A DNA stretch of 64,000 nt. It comes from Lingula anatina (taxonomy: Eukaryota > Animalia > Brachiopoda). The notes below the pieces were generated by a model. That model saw only the letters and a program-made list of their open reading frames with translations. It was not told the origin of the DNA and searched no databases. Positions within the stretch are counted from its first letter, which is position 1. Every line of letters begins with the position of its first letter. Below are positions 11,001-26,207 of the stretch, one piece after another. The stretch spans positions 38,632,401 through 38,696,400 of the forward strand of contig CM120641.1 of assembly GCA_051362555.1 (NCBI GenBank), written 5' to 3'. The position numbers and the translations under genes were made by a program.

Positions 11001-14000
11001 GAACCACATCAATCAGCACTATACACTACCACAGCTTTTGAGCAATTAAAGATATAAAATTGCATCTCAATAACAACACATTTTCAAAGAAGGCCTATTG
11101 ATCTCTTAAATAAATGAAATTTGATAACTTCAAAAAAAAAAAACAATTTTAAAACAATTTGTCTTCTCTTTGTTATTTTAAAGTAGTACATTCACAGCAT
11201 CAGTTACATCTATTTTATGAAAGCAGCCTAACATCCAGAATTTTGTCACCAAAATGTGTTTGTCCGTCTTTGTAGTTGTTTCCAGGCAATGCAATTGCTG
11301 TTCTCAACCAAACCTTTCTCAAGGTTTTTTTCCTGCCCAAAAATTTAGTGTACTTGTAACTGTAACTTAATTAGTGTTCTTCATAAGTGTGTCTCCTTAA
11401 AATCTAACAGATAAATTGGCAAAGTAAGGGAACTGTCTTTCTGTAAATAGGTAAGATTAATGGACAAGATAAAATTAACAAAGTTTTTGCCCACAATATA
11501 ATTTAATAACTTACAGGCATTGGTGCCATCACAACATTGGCACATTCCAGAATTCCATGGTCTTGGTTCCTTTTCTGTCTCAGTGGAATATTGGGAATTG
11601 TGCCAAGATTTTGGCTGGGTTGACACTGGAGGGGGTGATGATATTTGAGTTGTAGGATGTGGTGCACGCTGTGGAGCAGAGGAGGCCTGGAAGAAATGAT
11701 GCATTTTTTTTGAGAATACTAATAAGAACTAGATCAGGAAGTACTACAGCCTGTAACGTATTCATAAATTACTGTGAACTAATTATTGCAATAGGTCGAA
11801 TTAAGACTCTTGTACATTTAATTAACCTTTCTATATAATTATTCTCTACATGATATGTGTACTGCAAATTGTCAAAGCAATGTCATCTGGGTGATTTTAG
11901 AAATGTTTCTGTGATATCTTGTTACACTGCAAACTCATGATTGGAAATCATCACTTAACTATGAAGTTTACAAGCAAAACATTCATTTTGATATATATGA
12001 CAATATTTGTGATGTATAATATTTTGGTGACCTTGGCAGCATTCTTCCTTCTCCGAAGTATAACATACAGTTGCTGCCTTAATGTGTTTTTTGGTCTCTA
12101 TCTTATATCTCAATTATAATGCCAGCTGCAATTTTTTCCCATTTTCATAACCGACAGGTAAACAAACAGTAAGTGAACTAACTCCAAAGATTTACCCTGC
12201 AGGAATTAAGATGCAGCACCAGATAATAAGATCTTCAATTAAAGCACATCTAGAGACCCAGTCATATAATTTACAACTGTAGAAGATAAGAGAATTGAGT
12301 GACATACCATGTTTGACACCTGTGTGAATATATACCTCAGCACAGTATGGATTACACTGCATTCATATACCAGTAGTGGCCTCTAAGCCTTGGAGTGTAT
12401 AAATTAGTTCAACTGTCTTAGCAAACCTTAGCCATCTCCATCTTCAGGCTTAAAACAATGAGGAACATCTGCCCTAAAATAATATTTATGTTCCAGTTCT
12501 TGGAACAACTTGGTGTAGTATTTAATAATAAATCTAACTGGTGTACTGTCTGGCAATGGCATTTTACCAAATGGAAATGACAATTTATATTTTCCCAATA
12601 CAGAAAAATATAAGCTTTCAGAAATCAATGTTGCATTTCAACTACGATGAATCATTGCTTGGCTTTTCCTTTTAACACTTAGAAGTCTTGATACAACATC
12701 AATTGCTAATGCTTAATTTCCTTTAATTTAACTGCAGTTGTTTTGCAATTGATGGCATTAAAATTTCATGGCCCATTAAAAAAGCTTTGAAATGGCTTTG
12801 TGCTAAATGCTAAATGGGCTTCTAAAATGTGGAAATATTGATAAAATTAACTAGTTTATTCAAAAGGAATTCACATTAAAAAGTTTTATTTCATATGTAT
12901 TTGTTCATTATGCATTTTGTAAATTGTTGGTGGTAGATTGATGCATATTTTTCTAAATCCATTTTTCTAATGGGTACCACCTTTATTTTTTCAAATCTAC
13001 CTGTCAGATGGTCACCTCTCATTTTAACCTTCAGTAGCATTTGATTCAAATAAAATTACCACTTCAAAATTTCTAAGTAAATGATCACCGTAGATTTTTT
13101 GCCTTGATAAAACAGAATGTAACACAGTTAATACACTTGCTTAAAGGGATAACAATGAGATCTATATTTCACAATAAATACATTGTAAACAACTCATAGA
13201 AATATAATATATTCTATTTTATCACAAAAAATGGCAGTTATAGCAATTAATCTAAAATCTGTGCTCGACAAGAGATTATTACAAAAAACATCCATAGATG
13301 GCTATACTCTGTAATGATCTCCTAAGAGATTATTACCCACAAAAAAAAAAAGAAAAAAAAAAAAATCTTTGAATGTAGAAATGAATTCATTTACCATTGG
13401 TAAGTATGGGGAAATTGCCATTTATCCCAGAAAAATTCATTTTTTGGCCAAAACGAAGTTGTTATCCTTTCAACTTGCACTGACAATGTCATTCCACCTC
13501 ATTCACACACTTCCTGAAACAAAAATGCAGTGGAAGGGGGGGAGGAGTTGTTCCATAACATTTACTCATTTATGGTATTGGTACTGTTTTGGGATTCCAT
13601 TTTCTAATGGATTTTACTCAAGCTTACTGAGAATTTTATCCAACCTTTCAGGTGTGAAATGGGCATCTTCTGCTTGAACAGATCATCAAAACGACAGCTG
13701 TCCAGTTCGTTGGCTAAACCCTTGACGTGCAATCATGTAATTTATTGGTATTCAGTAAATAATGACAAAGTGGTTATATTTAAGAAATGCTGAAAACTTA
13801 ACTATGTCAATAATGGGTTTGTATTCATGTTAGATTAATCTTAAAACAAAAATTTATTAAGTGTCCTTTAATGTCACCTGATTATACATGATATTACATG
13901 TATATGATAGACCTTAAATATATAACCAGAATTTATGAAAATGTCCTACCATTTATTCAATATCATTTCTGGTCTAAGACAGTTAGACTAATGTGATATC

Positions 14001-14344
14001 ACAGTGAATATTTTTACATTCTGTACAGGAAATGGGAGAAAGCCTTTGTTCGTTGCAGACCATTATAACCATACATAAAGAAGGCTGGGCAAAATATCTA
14101 TGCCTGTGAAAGACTATGGAAGTAAAATTACCTCAGTAAGGTATGGAGGAGTGACTATGTACTGTTGCATGGATGGGGCAGCATATAGATGGGCTGCCAG
14201 TGGTTCGCCTCTTCCAGTGGCATAGTGACCATACCATGGACTGTTTGACCCTCCAGGTGCGACAGCTGATGACAGAGTGGAAGTTTCTGTGGAAGAATCA
14301 ACTCGGTTGACACCATATGGTTGCGGCTGTTTCTCTACTGGCAT
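8047..14344 (-). CDS. PLAC8/cornifelin-family Cys-rich protein with a Pro/Ser/Gln-rich N-terminus, ~221 aa
   Basis: Exons 14344-14132, 11686-11515, 9906-9767, 8187-8047 join in phase: MPVEKQPQ...RPWNSGMCQCCDGTNACCAICCCLVCFEC...EGCCMPWC...SLRLKMRMMYNIQGSILGDFCASLFCKPCILCQMKREL, the PLAC8 signature. The start codon is inferred. Probable non-coding exons near 14485-14574 and upstream of 16405. Confidence 0.88.
10228..10395. mobile_element. 168-bp MITE with CAGGGGCGGAT terminal inverted repeats and a 5-bp TAAAT target-site duplication
   Basis: CAGGGGCGGAT at 10228 and ATCCGCCCCTG ending at 10395; TAAAT directly on both flanks; internal GAAGACGGTCA sub-repeats. Confidence 0.85.
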
Positions 14345-16500
14345 TTTTCCACCCTGTAAAACATACGGAACAGCATGCCACTCTGTGCGCTTAAATTGGT
14401 GCAAGGCATCTACCTCGCATCCCTGCTGTGTTCAAAGGAAAATGAGCGACTGGAGCTTATTAACTACATTACTGCAAACTTACCAAGTATACTTAGGTTT
14501 AAACTCTGTCCATGGCAGGTGACTTTTAGAAATTCTAGATGCACTTCTATAACCACTACGTCACTGAGAGAAACCTAGCAAAGTAGTAAATGAGCAGTTT
14601 GAATGAACATTTTTTCACTCCACCCTTAGAGTGCCTACATTTGTCCTAATTAGACAATAGCATGTAAAAGACTATTTTATAAGTACTGAGCTAGTGCTGT
14701 TATGTCGATTTAATTTGTAGATCAGAAAAAAAAACACAATGGGACATGTGAGAATTTGACACTTTTCTGTGTCTGGGTTAGACCACTCATATGACTGAAG
14801 TTTTGTTAACAAACAGTTTCAAGTTACTATAATATTTTAAGAGTTTGGGATCAAGAAATAACAACAAGTTTGAAAATAGGGAGAAAGGCACCAATGGAAA
14901 AATGAAGGAAGCAAAATAAAGTGAATTATTAACTTGTCTGATTTAGCTTATCAAGAAGAAGAAGATTCATTACACATTTTTGTAAAACTACTACAAAGAA
15001 AAAAAATAATAGTAGTGCTGCTGAAGGGAGTTTTACACTTTAACATCTAGGTCAAAATCACATCTAGATGCATTAATGTATATTAGCTGTAACTTTAGCC
15101 TGCATAATAGGCATTGTATTGTAGCACGCAAATGATTGCCTTAAATCTTGTCTCAGGGACAAATATCTCACCTAGTAAATAATAGGGGATCTCTCTAGCA
15201 AATTATACCTGCATGTATAAAACATTTTGACAGGTAGGCCAACAATATTAATGACATATCCAAACACCTTCAAGTATTCACACCTCAGCAGGGTCTTCTC
15301 GTAGGGCAGGGTATTATTATTATTATTATTTTTATATTAGATATATCCACAGGTGAATTTATGCAGCATGTGGCCCTAGTAGTTATAGGCAGTTGAGATT
15401 AGGGACAGAGAGGATGTACTGTACTCAGCCACTTGTATTGTACAATAATATTCATGCTGTTAGGTCTCCTTGGCTCATTCCTTCCCAATAAACATTCTTA
15501 CCCTGACTTCAATGATAATTTGGGAAATTACACTATGGCTTTATTTCTTTTTTTAATAAATCTCTAAGTTAATCATTAATTAAAAAAAGGTAAAATATAT
15601 ACTACATAAAGGATTGTGTGGTGAGCCAATCTGGAATAAAGACAGTGCACTTCTACTTATATCAAATGTGATTTGTAGATTATATATAAAAAAGAGAGAC
15701 AGAGCTGTAAAATAAACCTATTAAAGGGCGTTAGTATTACAGTCAATTAGGTCAATTATGTCAATTTTTTCATGTTGAGCCAAGCATGTGTGTTTGACAT
15801 ACTGTGTCGTTTAACAGCGATGAAACAGATGTGAATTTAGACAAGCATAAATGGCATATTTGTCCTTTCTAGACTCATTAATGATTACTCAAAGGAGTTA
15901 TGAAAAAATGACATCATTGAACTTTAGTAAAGAATACTGTTGATGTAAATGTTAGTACAGGGAATATTTTCACAACCACATCAAAATAATTCAAACTTTA
16001 CTGTTTCCATTAAGTTGGAAAAATGCTTGACGTTGTACAAGCTAAAAATGAAAACAGTAAAGTTTTAGGAGAAAAGCAGCACAAAACTCCCATATACTAC
16101 AATAAAAAAAACAATACGATGACAGTATTTTAAATTACTTAAAAAAACTGGATACATATTTAAAATCACATCGTATTGGTCGTCTTCCTATATGATGTTT
16201 GGTATTTTCCACTGACCTCCCTTCCCACTCAAATCACTTATTTACAATCCAGCTCCAAACACGTGCACCCCTACTGAAATCGACCGTTTCCCGTTTAATA
16301 ACAAAAAGTAAACAATCATATTATCACCAGAATTTCTATAAAGAACATCACAATATAAAGCTAAGACAACATTCATGCTTCAGATATATTTTCAGTAAAA
16401 TTACCTGGCGCTGTTGATATTACACCTCCCCTTGTTCATTGTTGGCATGAAATAAGTAGAATCCAAACATCTGTGCCTAAATTCCACAGCACAGTCACAG

Positions 16501-16536
16501 CAGGAAGTGCTGGACTGAGGCCGCCAGATGGCAGCA
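16501..16536 (+). promoter_or_regulatory. ETS motif plus CTCF-like site upstream of the PLAC8-family gene
   Basis: CAGGAAGTG (16501-16509) and CCGCCAGATGGCAGCA (16521-16536), close to the CTCF core CCASYAGRKGGCRS. Confidence 0.55.
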
Positions 16537-18170
16537 CGTTTAAGTTGGAGATGGTCATGCAGTTTTGTACCAGTGCAAGAGTTTCTGGGATAATTAAAAG
16601 ACACAAAACAAGCATGGGTTTTTAATGCTATATATTTTCATATAAAAAACTTGACCAATTAAACAATATTAACCTTCGTGATTTGGTATTTTGGTTAAAA
16701 AAAATACGTGTGCATCCCTTTCATCTCTGCCGTTCAAGCTAATCATACATTTGCATCAACATATAAAAAAAATTAAAGCATTTATTTTGAAAAAAAAGTT
16801 ACAAAGTTATTAAAAAGTCAATAGACAAAAACTAATATGAACACAAGGCCTTCTTATTAAAAAGTTATCAAATCATGAACTGCATGGGAGTGTCTACCAA
16901 GTACATGATAAACTATCAAGTTGGTGAGGATGAATACCTGTGTACTACTTGTGTTAAAACATGTAACGTTAACGTACATGACATAGTAAAATAATTGTTA
17001 TTCATAATTTAGAAGAAACTAAACAAATGAAATGTGACCATTTTGTATAGTGAAATTGTATTTTCTGTAACTTTCATAAAATACATACATGTATTATAGC
17101 TATTTGTTTTCATTGAATGAACAAATTCATTTTAAGACCCATGAGAGGATATAAGACAAATCAAATTTTATATTCATGAATTAAAACAATAGCACATATA
17201 CTGGTAACAGCATGTACATTTTGTTTTGCAGTGTACAAGGTGATGAATGTGGTAGAAACTGATATATATATATAAAAGTAAATATATAAAACACAACAAG
17301 GCATCAACAGGTATGATCTGACATAAGATGGGCAACATGTATAAGTAAATGTATGTTTTAATGGAAATGTGTATCAAAACATCGTCATATATAAAATAAT
17401 TCAAAGCAAGACATTATTGACAATTTTTGTATTAAAATCTTTTATATCAAATTAGCAATATTTTGGATTATCAAATCTGCTCATCCTTATTACTATACAT
17501 ATCACATATGAAATGTTTACTCCAAAGTTGATAAAGGACGTGTGTGAATAACATGACCTGAATATATACAACTGATATGTATTGTCTTCATCATACATAA
17601 GTCAATAAACATTAACAATATAAATACTCTGATTAAAGAATAAAGGAAAAAATTATTGGTGTAAAGATGTCTGTGAAAACAAATTTAATTCAGATGTTTG
17701 ATGTCTCTCTCATGTTACTGAACATCAATATCATTTTACAAATATCTGTTCATTCCACTTTTTCTTATTATGAGCCTCTACAACATTAAAACAAACATTA
17801 AAACAAACAAACAAACAAACAAACAAACAAAAAAAGAAATATATTTTTTCAAATGTTGGCCACCAAAGCAATTCTTAAATATTCTTACCAATTTACTTCA
17901 TATACAAATTATCAGCAAAAGCAAATGAAGCAGATTTACATCTCAAGCAGGGATCTCCTATCACTGTAACCAACCAGATTAACATACAGTGTATTTTACC
18001 AGTAGTCTGGGATGTTAAAATAATACAAAATGTGAATATAATGATCTAAACATAAAACCAGCTTTTGTCTGGCCTATTCACCCTTCCAACAAAAATAAAA
18101 ATAATTTTTCTTCTTCATGGGTTCAGAAATCCTTGTAAATTAGATTTCGGTCTTCTGTCTTAATTTTCCC

Positions 18171-21100
18171 TCACGCAGTGGAAAGCTTTTTCTCTCCCTT
18201 AATCTGTTTGAATTTCATGTTAAGTTTGTCAAAGTCAAAAGTAGTTTTACTACTTTTACCCCAACTATGGGCACTCAATTCACCAACTGAATGAGTTGGG
18301 GAATGTTCTTCTTCTTCCCTAAAAAGATGATTTATGCAGACATTTTTAATACACAAATATAGCACTTCAGCAATTTGCTTAGGTCTATAAACATTTGTTA
18401 TTCTTGTCAATTTTTTTCACTAAATCCATGCGTACAGCAGAAATTGACGTATTTGGAGAAATTATTCAATTTACATTAACATATGACATTCTACTGAATA
18501 CGTAAAAATTTGATTTAACAAATAAATTAAACTAAATAAGACACATTTCACTAATTACATTTACTTTATTTTTTTAAATTCACACTTACTTTATCATTGG
18601 ATGGGCATCTCTAGCGTTATGCACCATCTTTGCAAGAGATTTGTTGGCAGCCATTTCATGTGGTAACTTCCCTTCCAAAGTTCTTATATTAAGGTCTATC
18701 CCTTTTAATTGCTGAAAGTTAACCAAAGTGGATCTTTTAACTTGACAAGCAACATTCTGTTTTAAAAAAATTAACAAAACAATCTTGACATTGGAATAAA
18801 AAGAAATGTGAAAATGTAGTTTTACAACTTTCCTCTTGAGTCCATAAAATAAAATAAAAAAACCAGTACTGGCAAACAAAAGAATAGTGTATTAGTTGTC
18901 ACCCTCACCGTCAGCTTCTCTACAGTCTTCTTCCTTACAAGTTTGCAGGCTAAATGCAGTGGGGCTAACCCGGCATGATCCTGCATATTGAGACAATTGA
19001 GATCTGCTTCGACCAATAACAATGCTATGGAATAATTGTCTCCTCCTTCTATTGCCCGGTGCAATGCAGTGCAGCCATCTCGCGGATTGATAGCAAGAAC
19101 ATGGCTGACCTTTCCATCTGAATAAAGAATCAGATTATGTTCACATGGCACACTCAAGTAGGATATTACAAGAAACAGATCTAGGATGGTAAGACAGTTG
19201 TGTTTAAGTCATTTTTTGAGAAATTATTTTGGTCATTTTATCAAATTGGTTAAGCCTTTACTGTAATTAAACAATAATATATTATACAAAATTGGAATAT
19301 TGGTATGAATACTAGATTAAAGGCATGAAACCGAACTTCAGAGTAAAATGCATAAAAATCAATTGGCAAACTGAACCACTTTCGAATTTTACAGCAAGTC
19401 TACAAATCTGATGCCTGTGGTTTTCAAGTGAATAAATCACCTTCTCTAAATATAGTCCCTTCAGCATTCTGCAACCCAGCTACAAAGTTTCCCACCATGC
19501 CACCTGCTAGACTAGCACCATCATCATCATCTTTTCTTGGATCAGGTTCTTTGATAAATTCATAGTCAGAGCTTGCTTCTTGAGCAAATAGTCTTTTTCT
19601 CACTTGACTGAAATTAGACAGTTTGTCTACATAAGCGCATTACTCAAACTTCACTCGTTTGCAGATCTTTTTACAATAAATTTCTTAAGGTAAAACTTGA
19701 TTCCAGAGATGAACTTTCACCAAAATCTATATATCTCAAGCATGACTCACCTTTCAGCATCTGGTTGTCTCCAAGAGAGTTTTCTTATCGAACTGGACAT
19801 GGTCGGAAAAGAAGGAAGGTGGAAACGCTTGTATACTTTACGTGTCTTTATTGTTGCATCTGTATCAGTCAACCAGCCAGGAGAGGCTATGCCTGAAAAA
19901 GTATCTAACATTAATGCATGCTATTAAAAACTGAGATTTACTTGAAGGAAGTAGCTCAGCATTGTGATTATCATGTCAGTGTTACTTTGTAAGAACTAAG
20001 TGTGTGTATGTACAAACTTGTGAATGAGCACATGGGTCCATGACTTTGTAATGGAAGATCCAGAGGGTACAGCAGGCACATACTCGCCCTTTTCTCCCTG
20101 CCTTCTTCCCTCCCCCCCTCACTAAAAATTGGTTAATCAGCTTAAAAAGACAAAAACAAGGACATTTCCCTTCCCGAGCCTTAATTAGTAAAATATTTTA
20201 TGCTTACTATTTTATATTTGCTTTTGCTTCGCTAAATGGCAAATTTTCTTATCCTTGCCCCCCCCCCCCTCCTTTTGCAAATTCCTGGATTTGGGGTGTA
20301 TGCATGTGAAACAAAGAAGCATAAAATAAGCATACTACTAGCTCTGGATGATGGCCGTCTGCCCTCTACATCGCTGCTCCAGCCTGGAGTCATATCTGGG
20401 GTGGCAGCTACTTTGGTACTTGTCTCCACTTCACTCTCATCTGGACTAGATACATCTGTAACATAAGTGAATTGTTGGATATATTCAAGAAGGCATAATC
20501 TTGAAGAAGTAAAAGAGTGTTTCTCTGAAGATAACAGACTGAATGAAAAAAAAGGAAGACATCCCTTTGTTACTCACTGACTGAATTATGTAAATACAAT
20601 CATTTTATTAAAAAAAAAACATTTTTAGAAATGATAATTTTAGTCTTATCGAGATTTCAGGGGGAGGGCATTTCATGCACCTTACAAGACGTGAGCAAAT
20701 TTTCTGACTTGTAACTCTGCAGGGTATTTACACCTGGTTTATCTTTAAAATACTTGATAACTGTACAAGCACTATTCAAACTTAGAATGAAACTGGAAAT
20801 AATTACCCATCTTTGGCTTGGACGAGGCATCCTGAACAGTGCCAGAATCAGTGGAGGAAGTGGACCTATAGGGATTAAATTCAAAGATCAGCAGAAAGAA
20901 AAACAGAATTGTACATATTTAAAATAATCAATGTAGTAGGTAAACATTTCATACTCTTGTTATCTGAATCAAATTTTTGTTTTGTAAGGTTTTCCTTATT
21001 AAAGCTAAAACATTACTTATAGTACATGGAAATAGTATCATCACATGAAGTATTATCAAATTGTATACCAGCTAGTGTACTAGCAGTCTACAAGTGACAT

Positions 21101-22886
21101 AACCAACCTCCTTTCAAGATCATCTTGACTCAAGTCATAAACTGCAGATTCTAAAAGAAATTTTACGATATCTTCTTTTCCATTCCTAGCAGCCACCATC
21201 AAGGGCGTGTCCCCATTAGAATCTCGCAAATTATGATCAAATTTGGGCTGAAGTCAAATTGTATAAAATTTTTACTATAGAGATCACCACTGTAGTTTTA
21301 ACATTTGAAAAGATTCATGTGGCTTAAAAATAAAAATGCCAAAGTTGTCATTACTAAGGCAAGCAAATCACAATTATGTTATAAAAGCATTTTTTTGAGA
21401 AAATTGTAAAAGAGCAAATATTTTACACATAAATTTTGAACAACACTATTTCATTAAGTTTATGCAAATTTCATACCTGCCAAACTGTCTTCAGTGGTTT
21501 CAGTCCTTTTCTTTGATACATACATTGCATCACTTGCCGTGTATGAGCTTGTCTCTGAGACTCGATTAAAACTTGGACACCCTCGTACTCGGAGAACTTG
21601 AGCAGATCACCTTTCCCATCTACTAGTGCAGTTGTAGCTCCAAGGCCCAAGACTAGTTTTACGATCTTTCTAAAACCTACAACCAACAAATTATTTAACC
21701 TTTCTCAAAATCTTGTGAATTTTTATTATAATCTCTTCATTAATTAAGTTTTTCAGAGACACCTTTAATATGCAATTTTTATTTTGCCGGCAATAATCAT
21801 TAGAATGTATTATATAAAAACAAGTTTTCGTGATCTTCTTATTGATGTGAAGTCCCTTCTCTAAAAATAAATGAATGAATATTAAATAAATTGAAATAAA
21901 ACATACCTTTCTTTGCAGCTATTTCCAAAGCAGTTTGTCCCTCATTATTTAATGCATTAATATCAAAAACTTTCCGATTTCTTGGCCCACTACTTTTAGT
22001 AAACTGTGCAAGGTATTGAACTATGGGCACATTTCCTCTGCTGCAGGCAGCATGGAACAAGGTGTTACCAGTACCTTGATGGGGCCTGCCTATATCTCCA
22101 CCAAACTATAAACAAAACGTGAGAAAAACATAAGAATAAATGAGCATTGGCATTTAATAATGGATACAACTCCTGACACCTGTATCCAATTCCTGTAAAG
22201 TCAACTTAACTTAAAATTATAAAAACAACTATTTCATAGCATGCAAATATCAAAATTGATTTAGACATGATAAGTGACAAAGCAACAAAATGCCTTTTCA
22301 TAGTGAAAAAATATGCTGGTATTTTTTGTGAAAAAGGGGTTGCAAAAAAATGGCTCTCACCTCCTGTAGCATTTTTATAATCTCCAGATGATCTGAACTG
22401 TTTTCTCCTGCATTCTCAACAGCAAGAAACAATGGAGTGTTACCAACTGCACTCTGAGGGAAAAAAATATAAAACAATAATATGAGATTACACAGTTGTT
22501 TAAGAACAATATGATTATGGTGTATATGTGCAATTTTTGCAGTTTTGCAAATACACATATACATTGTTTAATGTACATTTTGATCTTCTTTTTCAAGCTG
22601 AGACCCTTCAACTTTATTTCACTGTGCTGTTTGGATTATTGAGCAAGACAAACATGTTTTCAATTTTTTTATGAAATAAGCTTACACTTGGGTTCACATC
22701 ATCTCCTTCTTCCAGAGTATTGTACAGCAGCTCAGCATTGCCAGTCAAGGCACACTGGAATAATGCCGGAGTCACAATTTCTTGTTGACGCCTAAAAAAA
22801 AAAAAATAATAAATAAAAATAACCTAATGAAGAGTTATATATTTATTTAAGAAATGAGTATACAATTGCTAGTGCGTGTGTGTTTG

Positions 22887-22946
<60 letters not shown>

Positions 22947-25900
22947 TGAGTTAAAAAATATAGTGCACTTACTTCTGCCAGGCATCTTTGAGTCTTTCTT
23001 GAATGACCGGACGCTTCGCTATTTTTATTGCTAGTGCCAAATTCTGATAATTAGAAAAGAGCATGGTTAACATATCATGAGGATCTAGAAAACTTTCTTT
23101 TATTCTTTTATTCTTTCATTAAAGAAGATACAGAATAGTGTGTGCTCAATCCTCTTATCCCTTTCACTTTCAAAGGGAGTACAGGGAACACAAAGCATTG
23201 CTTAGGACATTCTACTTCAAAGTTGTTAGACATGTAGCTTACCGTAAAAGCTGCCTGGTACTGCAGCAATGTGTTCACAACATGTATATGGTTGTGAGTC
23301 ACTGCATGATGAAGTGGCAGAGCACCTTCTATATCCCGAATAGCAGGGTTGGCCCCATGACTGAAAGTATGTAAGGCTTTTAAAAGGACTGTACACCAGA
23401 TTTTGGAGCAAAAAATGAAAAATAATATATTTCTGGCTCTAACAGCCAACTCTCTTTCTAAATTTTAACTCGGGGAAATACCACACAAAACCTGGCACAA
23501 CTTTCTGTACTTGCAGTTACTTGAATATAAATGAAGATTGGTTTGCATCCACAATCCCTCCAGCAAAAAATGCTTCCCCGTTTTAACCTTGGCATTAAAA
23601 CTCTCATTGAATATTTGGGATGCATATGACATTAAATAATTTTTTAATTGACCTTTTTTTTCAATAAATTATTTTTATCATTAAACATAAAAACTGAATC
23701 TCTCATAGGATGTGACTCCCACCTAAGTAATGCTCTGACCACTTCTGAATGGCCTGCCTTGGCTGCAATGCCTAGTGCTGTGGAACCACTCTGAAATTCA
23801 ATGTGAATTATGTCAAGAATTTATAACATGAGAATATTGTTAACAACATCTTTTTTCCAGATCAAATATTATTATTATTAACAGATCATATAATATCCAT
23901 GTCAAAAGTGCTACAACTGGATGATCTGTCTCCCTTTCATGCATTATTTATCTTAAAACCATTTCGGATTCTGACCTTGTTTCTAATGCTTTTGAATAAA
24001 TATTGTAATGATGACACAAAATTACATCTATGCAATTTAGACGCATGGCAAATAAACATTAGTATACATTGTAAATGCATGTGACATATTGGGTTCTAGG
24101 AAAAAATTACCTTGGCATGCTGGGCATTGATAGAGGATTTTTCTCTTTCAAGAAGAACATCAAGATTTTCTCTTTCAAGGAGTACCTCAAGATTTTCTAA
24201 TCTAAAATTAAAAAATTAAATTAAAACGATTCAACAATGATGACTCAAGGAACATTTATCACAGTCAGTCTTTCTATTGGTTTCCACATTTATTGAGACT
24301 GGTCTTTTTTCTTTGTCCTTCTGTCTAGGTCCATCTGTGATACAATAAAACACTAGCATGCACGCAAGCACGCAAAAACACACATGCACAAACACACGTG
24401 CTCTTATGCAACATCAGCAGGTTGCCGTCCTACCTGTTAAATTCAGCAGCAGTCATGAGTAATGTGCTTCCAAACTGGTCCACAGCAAACATGTCCGTCC
24501 AGCGAACATTACAAGGAAACAGCTCACCCTGTAAGAATAATCACAAACCGTAAGCAAAATATTTTGTTGTTTTGTTATTTTGTTTTGTTGACTGAGTGCT
24601 CGAATTGTCATTATAGCCATGGGAGTGAGCCAAACAATTGGTCACATGACACCACCATTAAGGTATTTGGTCAGTCGAGTACATATGCCAATGAATGGTA
24701 AAGAGGCAGTTTAGCCATGGAAAGTCTAACAACCTTTTATTTCACTGACAGTACTGTAAAAGTATTCAGCACTATACCTGTATTCACATATGTCACAGTA
24801 TTCCAAGGGGAAAAAACAGCATTTCTAGCATTCTACTCAATGGTGTTTTTTTATGATACAGCATTTACAATTAACAAATTCTGGGAGAACTGAAATATAT
24901 TCAGTTTGAACCTACATAATATACATACATAAATATGAAATGTTATGCAATATATATGCAACAGAAGTTTAAAAGAAGGAACAGTGGAACCATATATGTA
25001 TATTTGCTGAAACATCACAGTAAATCTACCCTGAGTGTCAGAGAAACGTAAAAGCTAGCTTGCTAAATATACCTCGTGGTGGAGTCGCTTTTGTTGATAT
25101 GGGTTATATATGAAATCAAGATCGAGCTGACAATACCGGAATCTAGAACCTAGGGTAAGTAAATCTTTCTTTGTTAATAAATTCATATTCACACATATAC
25201 CTCTTTGACCAGGTCAGTCAGATATTCAATTCGTTGTATTCTCTGACACTGGATAACTTCTTTACAATCGATACCATCACCTGCCCCATCGTCAGGACGT
25301 TTGCCATCACCATTTTCCAAGTTAAAGTCAGCACCTCTCTTGATAAGGCAGCTATAAAATATAAATATTGTACTGATAAAACACAAATGGCTACAATCCA
25401 TATTTCTGCATGTATATGTCAACAAGAATGACAAGGCATTGGTAATATAATAACTAACAAATTCTGAAAAGTCAAATTAACTCAGGTGTGAAAAGAAAGT
25501 TGAATAAAACAGCTGTTCATACCTTAATAAGCAAGGATTTACAAAAATACTTTATTTTTCTACACACACAAAATTCTCAAATTCTTCAAAGAAACAATAC
25601 AAAACAAAATCTATCATTTTTTGCACAATGTTTGTTTTTTTTTTCAATCATTACAAGTAAAGGTACAATCCATGAGATTTACCCACCAAAATGGATCTTC
25701 CTAGGGAAATAAGCAATTTTCTGGTACTAACAAATCATTGATTTCCATATCCTTCTCTGTACTTGAATTTGACTATTGATAAAATTTATCAAGGTTGACT
25801 TTAGCTTAAAATGACTGGCTAGTCCACATAGTGACCATTTTCCTATAAGCTCCAATGGAAATATCAACATTAGGTATGCTCCAGAAAAAATATTGAAGGG

Positions 25901-26169
25901 GTTCAATCATTTTTAAGGTGTATGTTAGGTTTTATAAGTAGCTGTGGGTGGCAAAAATGAGCATTTTGGGGATTTTCAATCCCATTGAGTGTACCTTTAA
26001 ACCAGCCACCTACTTGGTAGTATCCACATGATTTTCTTTTGCTGCATAGTGAAGAGCACGCCAACCATTCAGTGAATTTGGAGTATTAGGATTAGCACCA
26101 AGGATACATAGCATAACCTAAAAAGTGTGACATAGAAATATTTTGGTGGGAAATGTACAGCAGCCAGAT

Positions 26170-26207
<38 letters not shown>

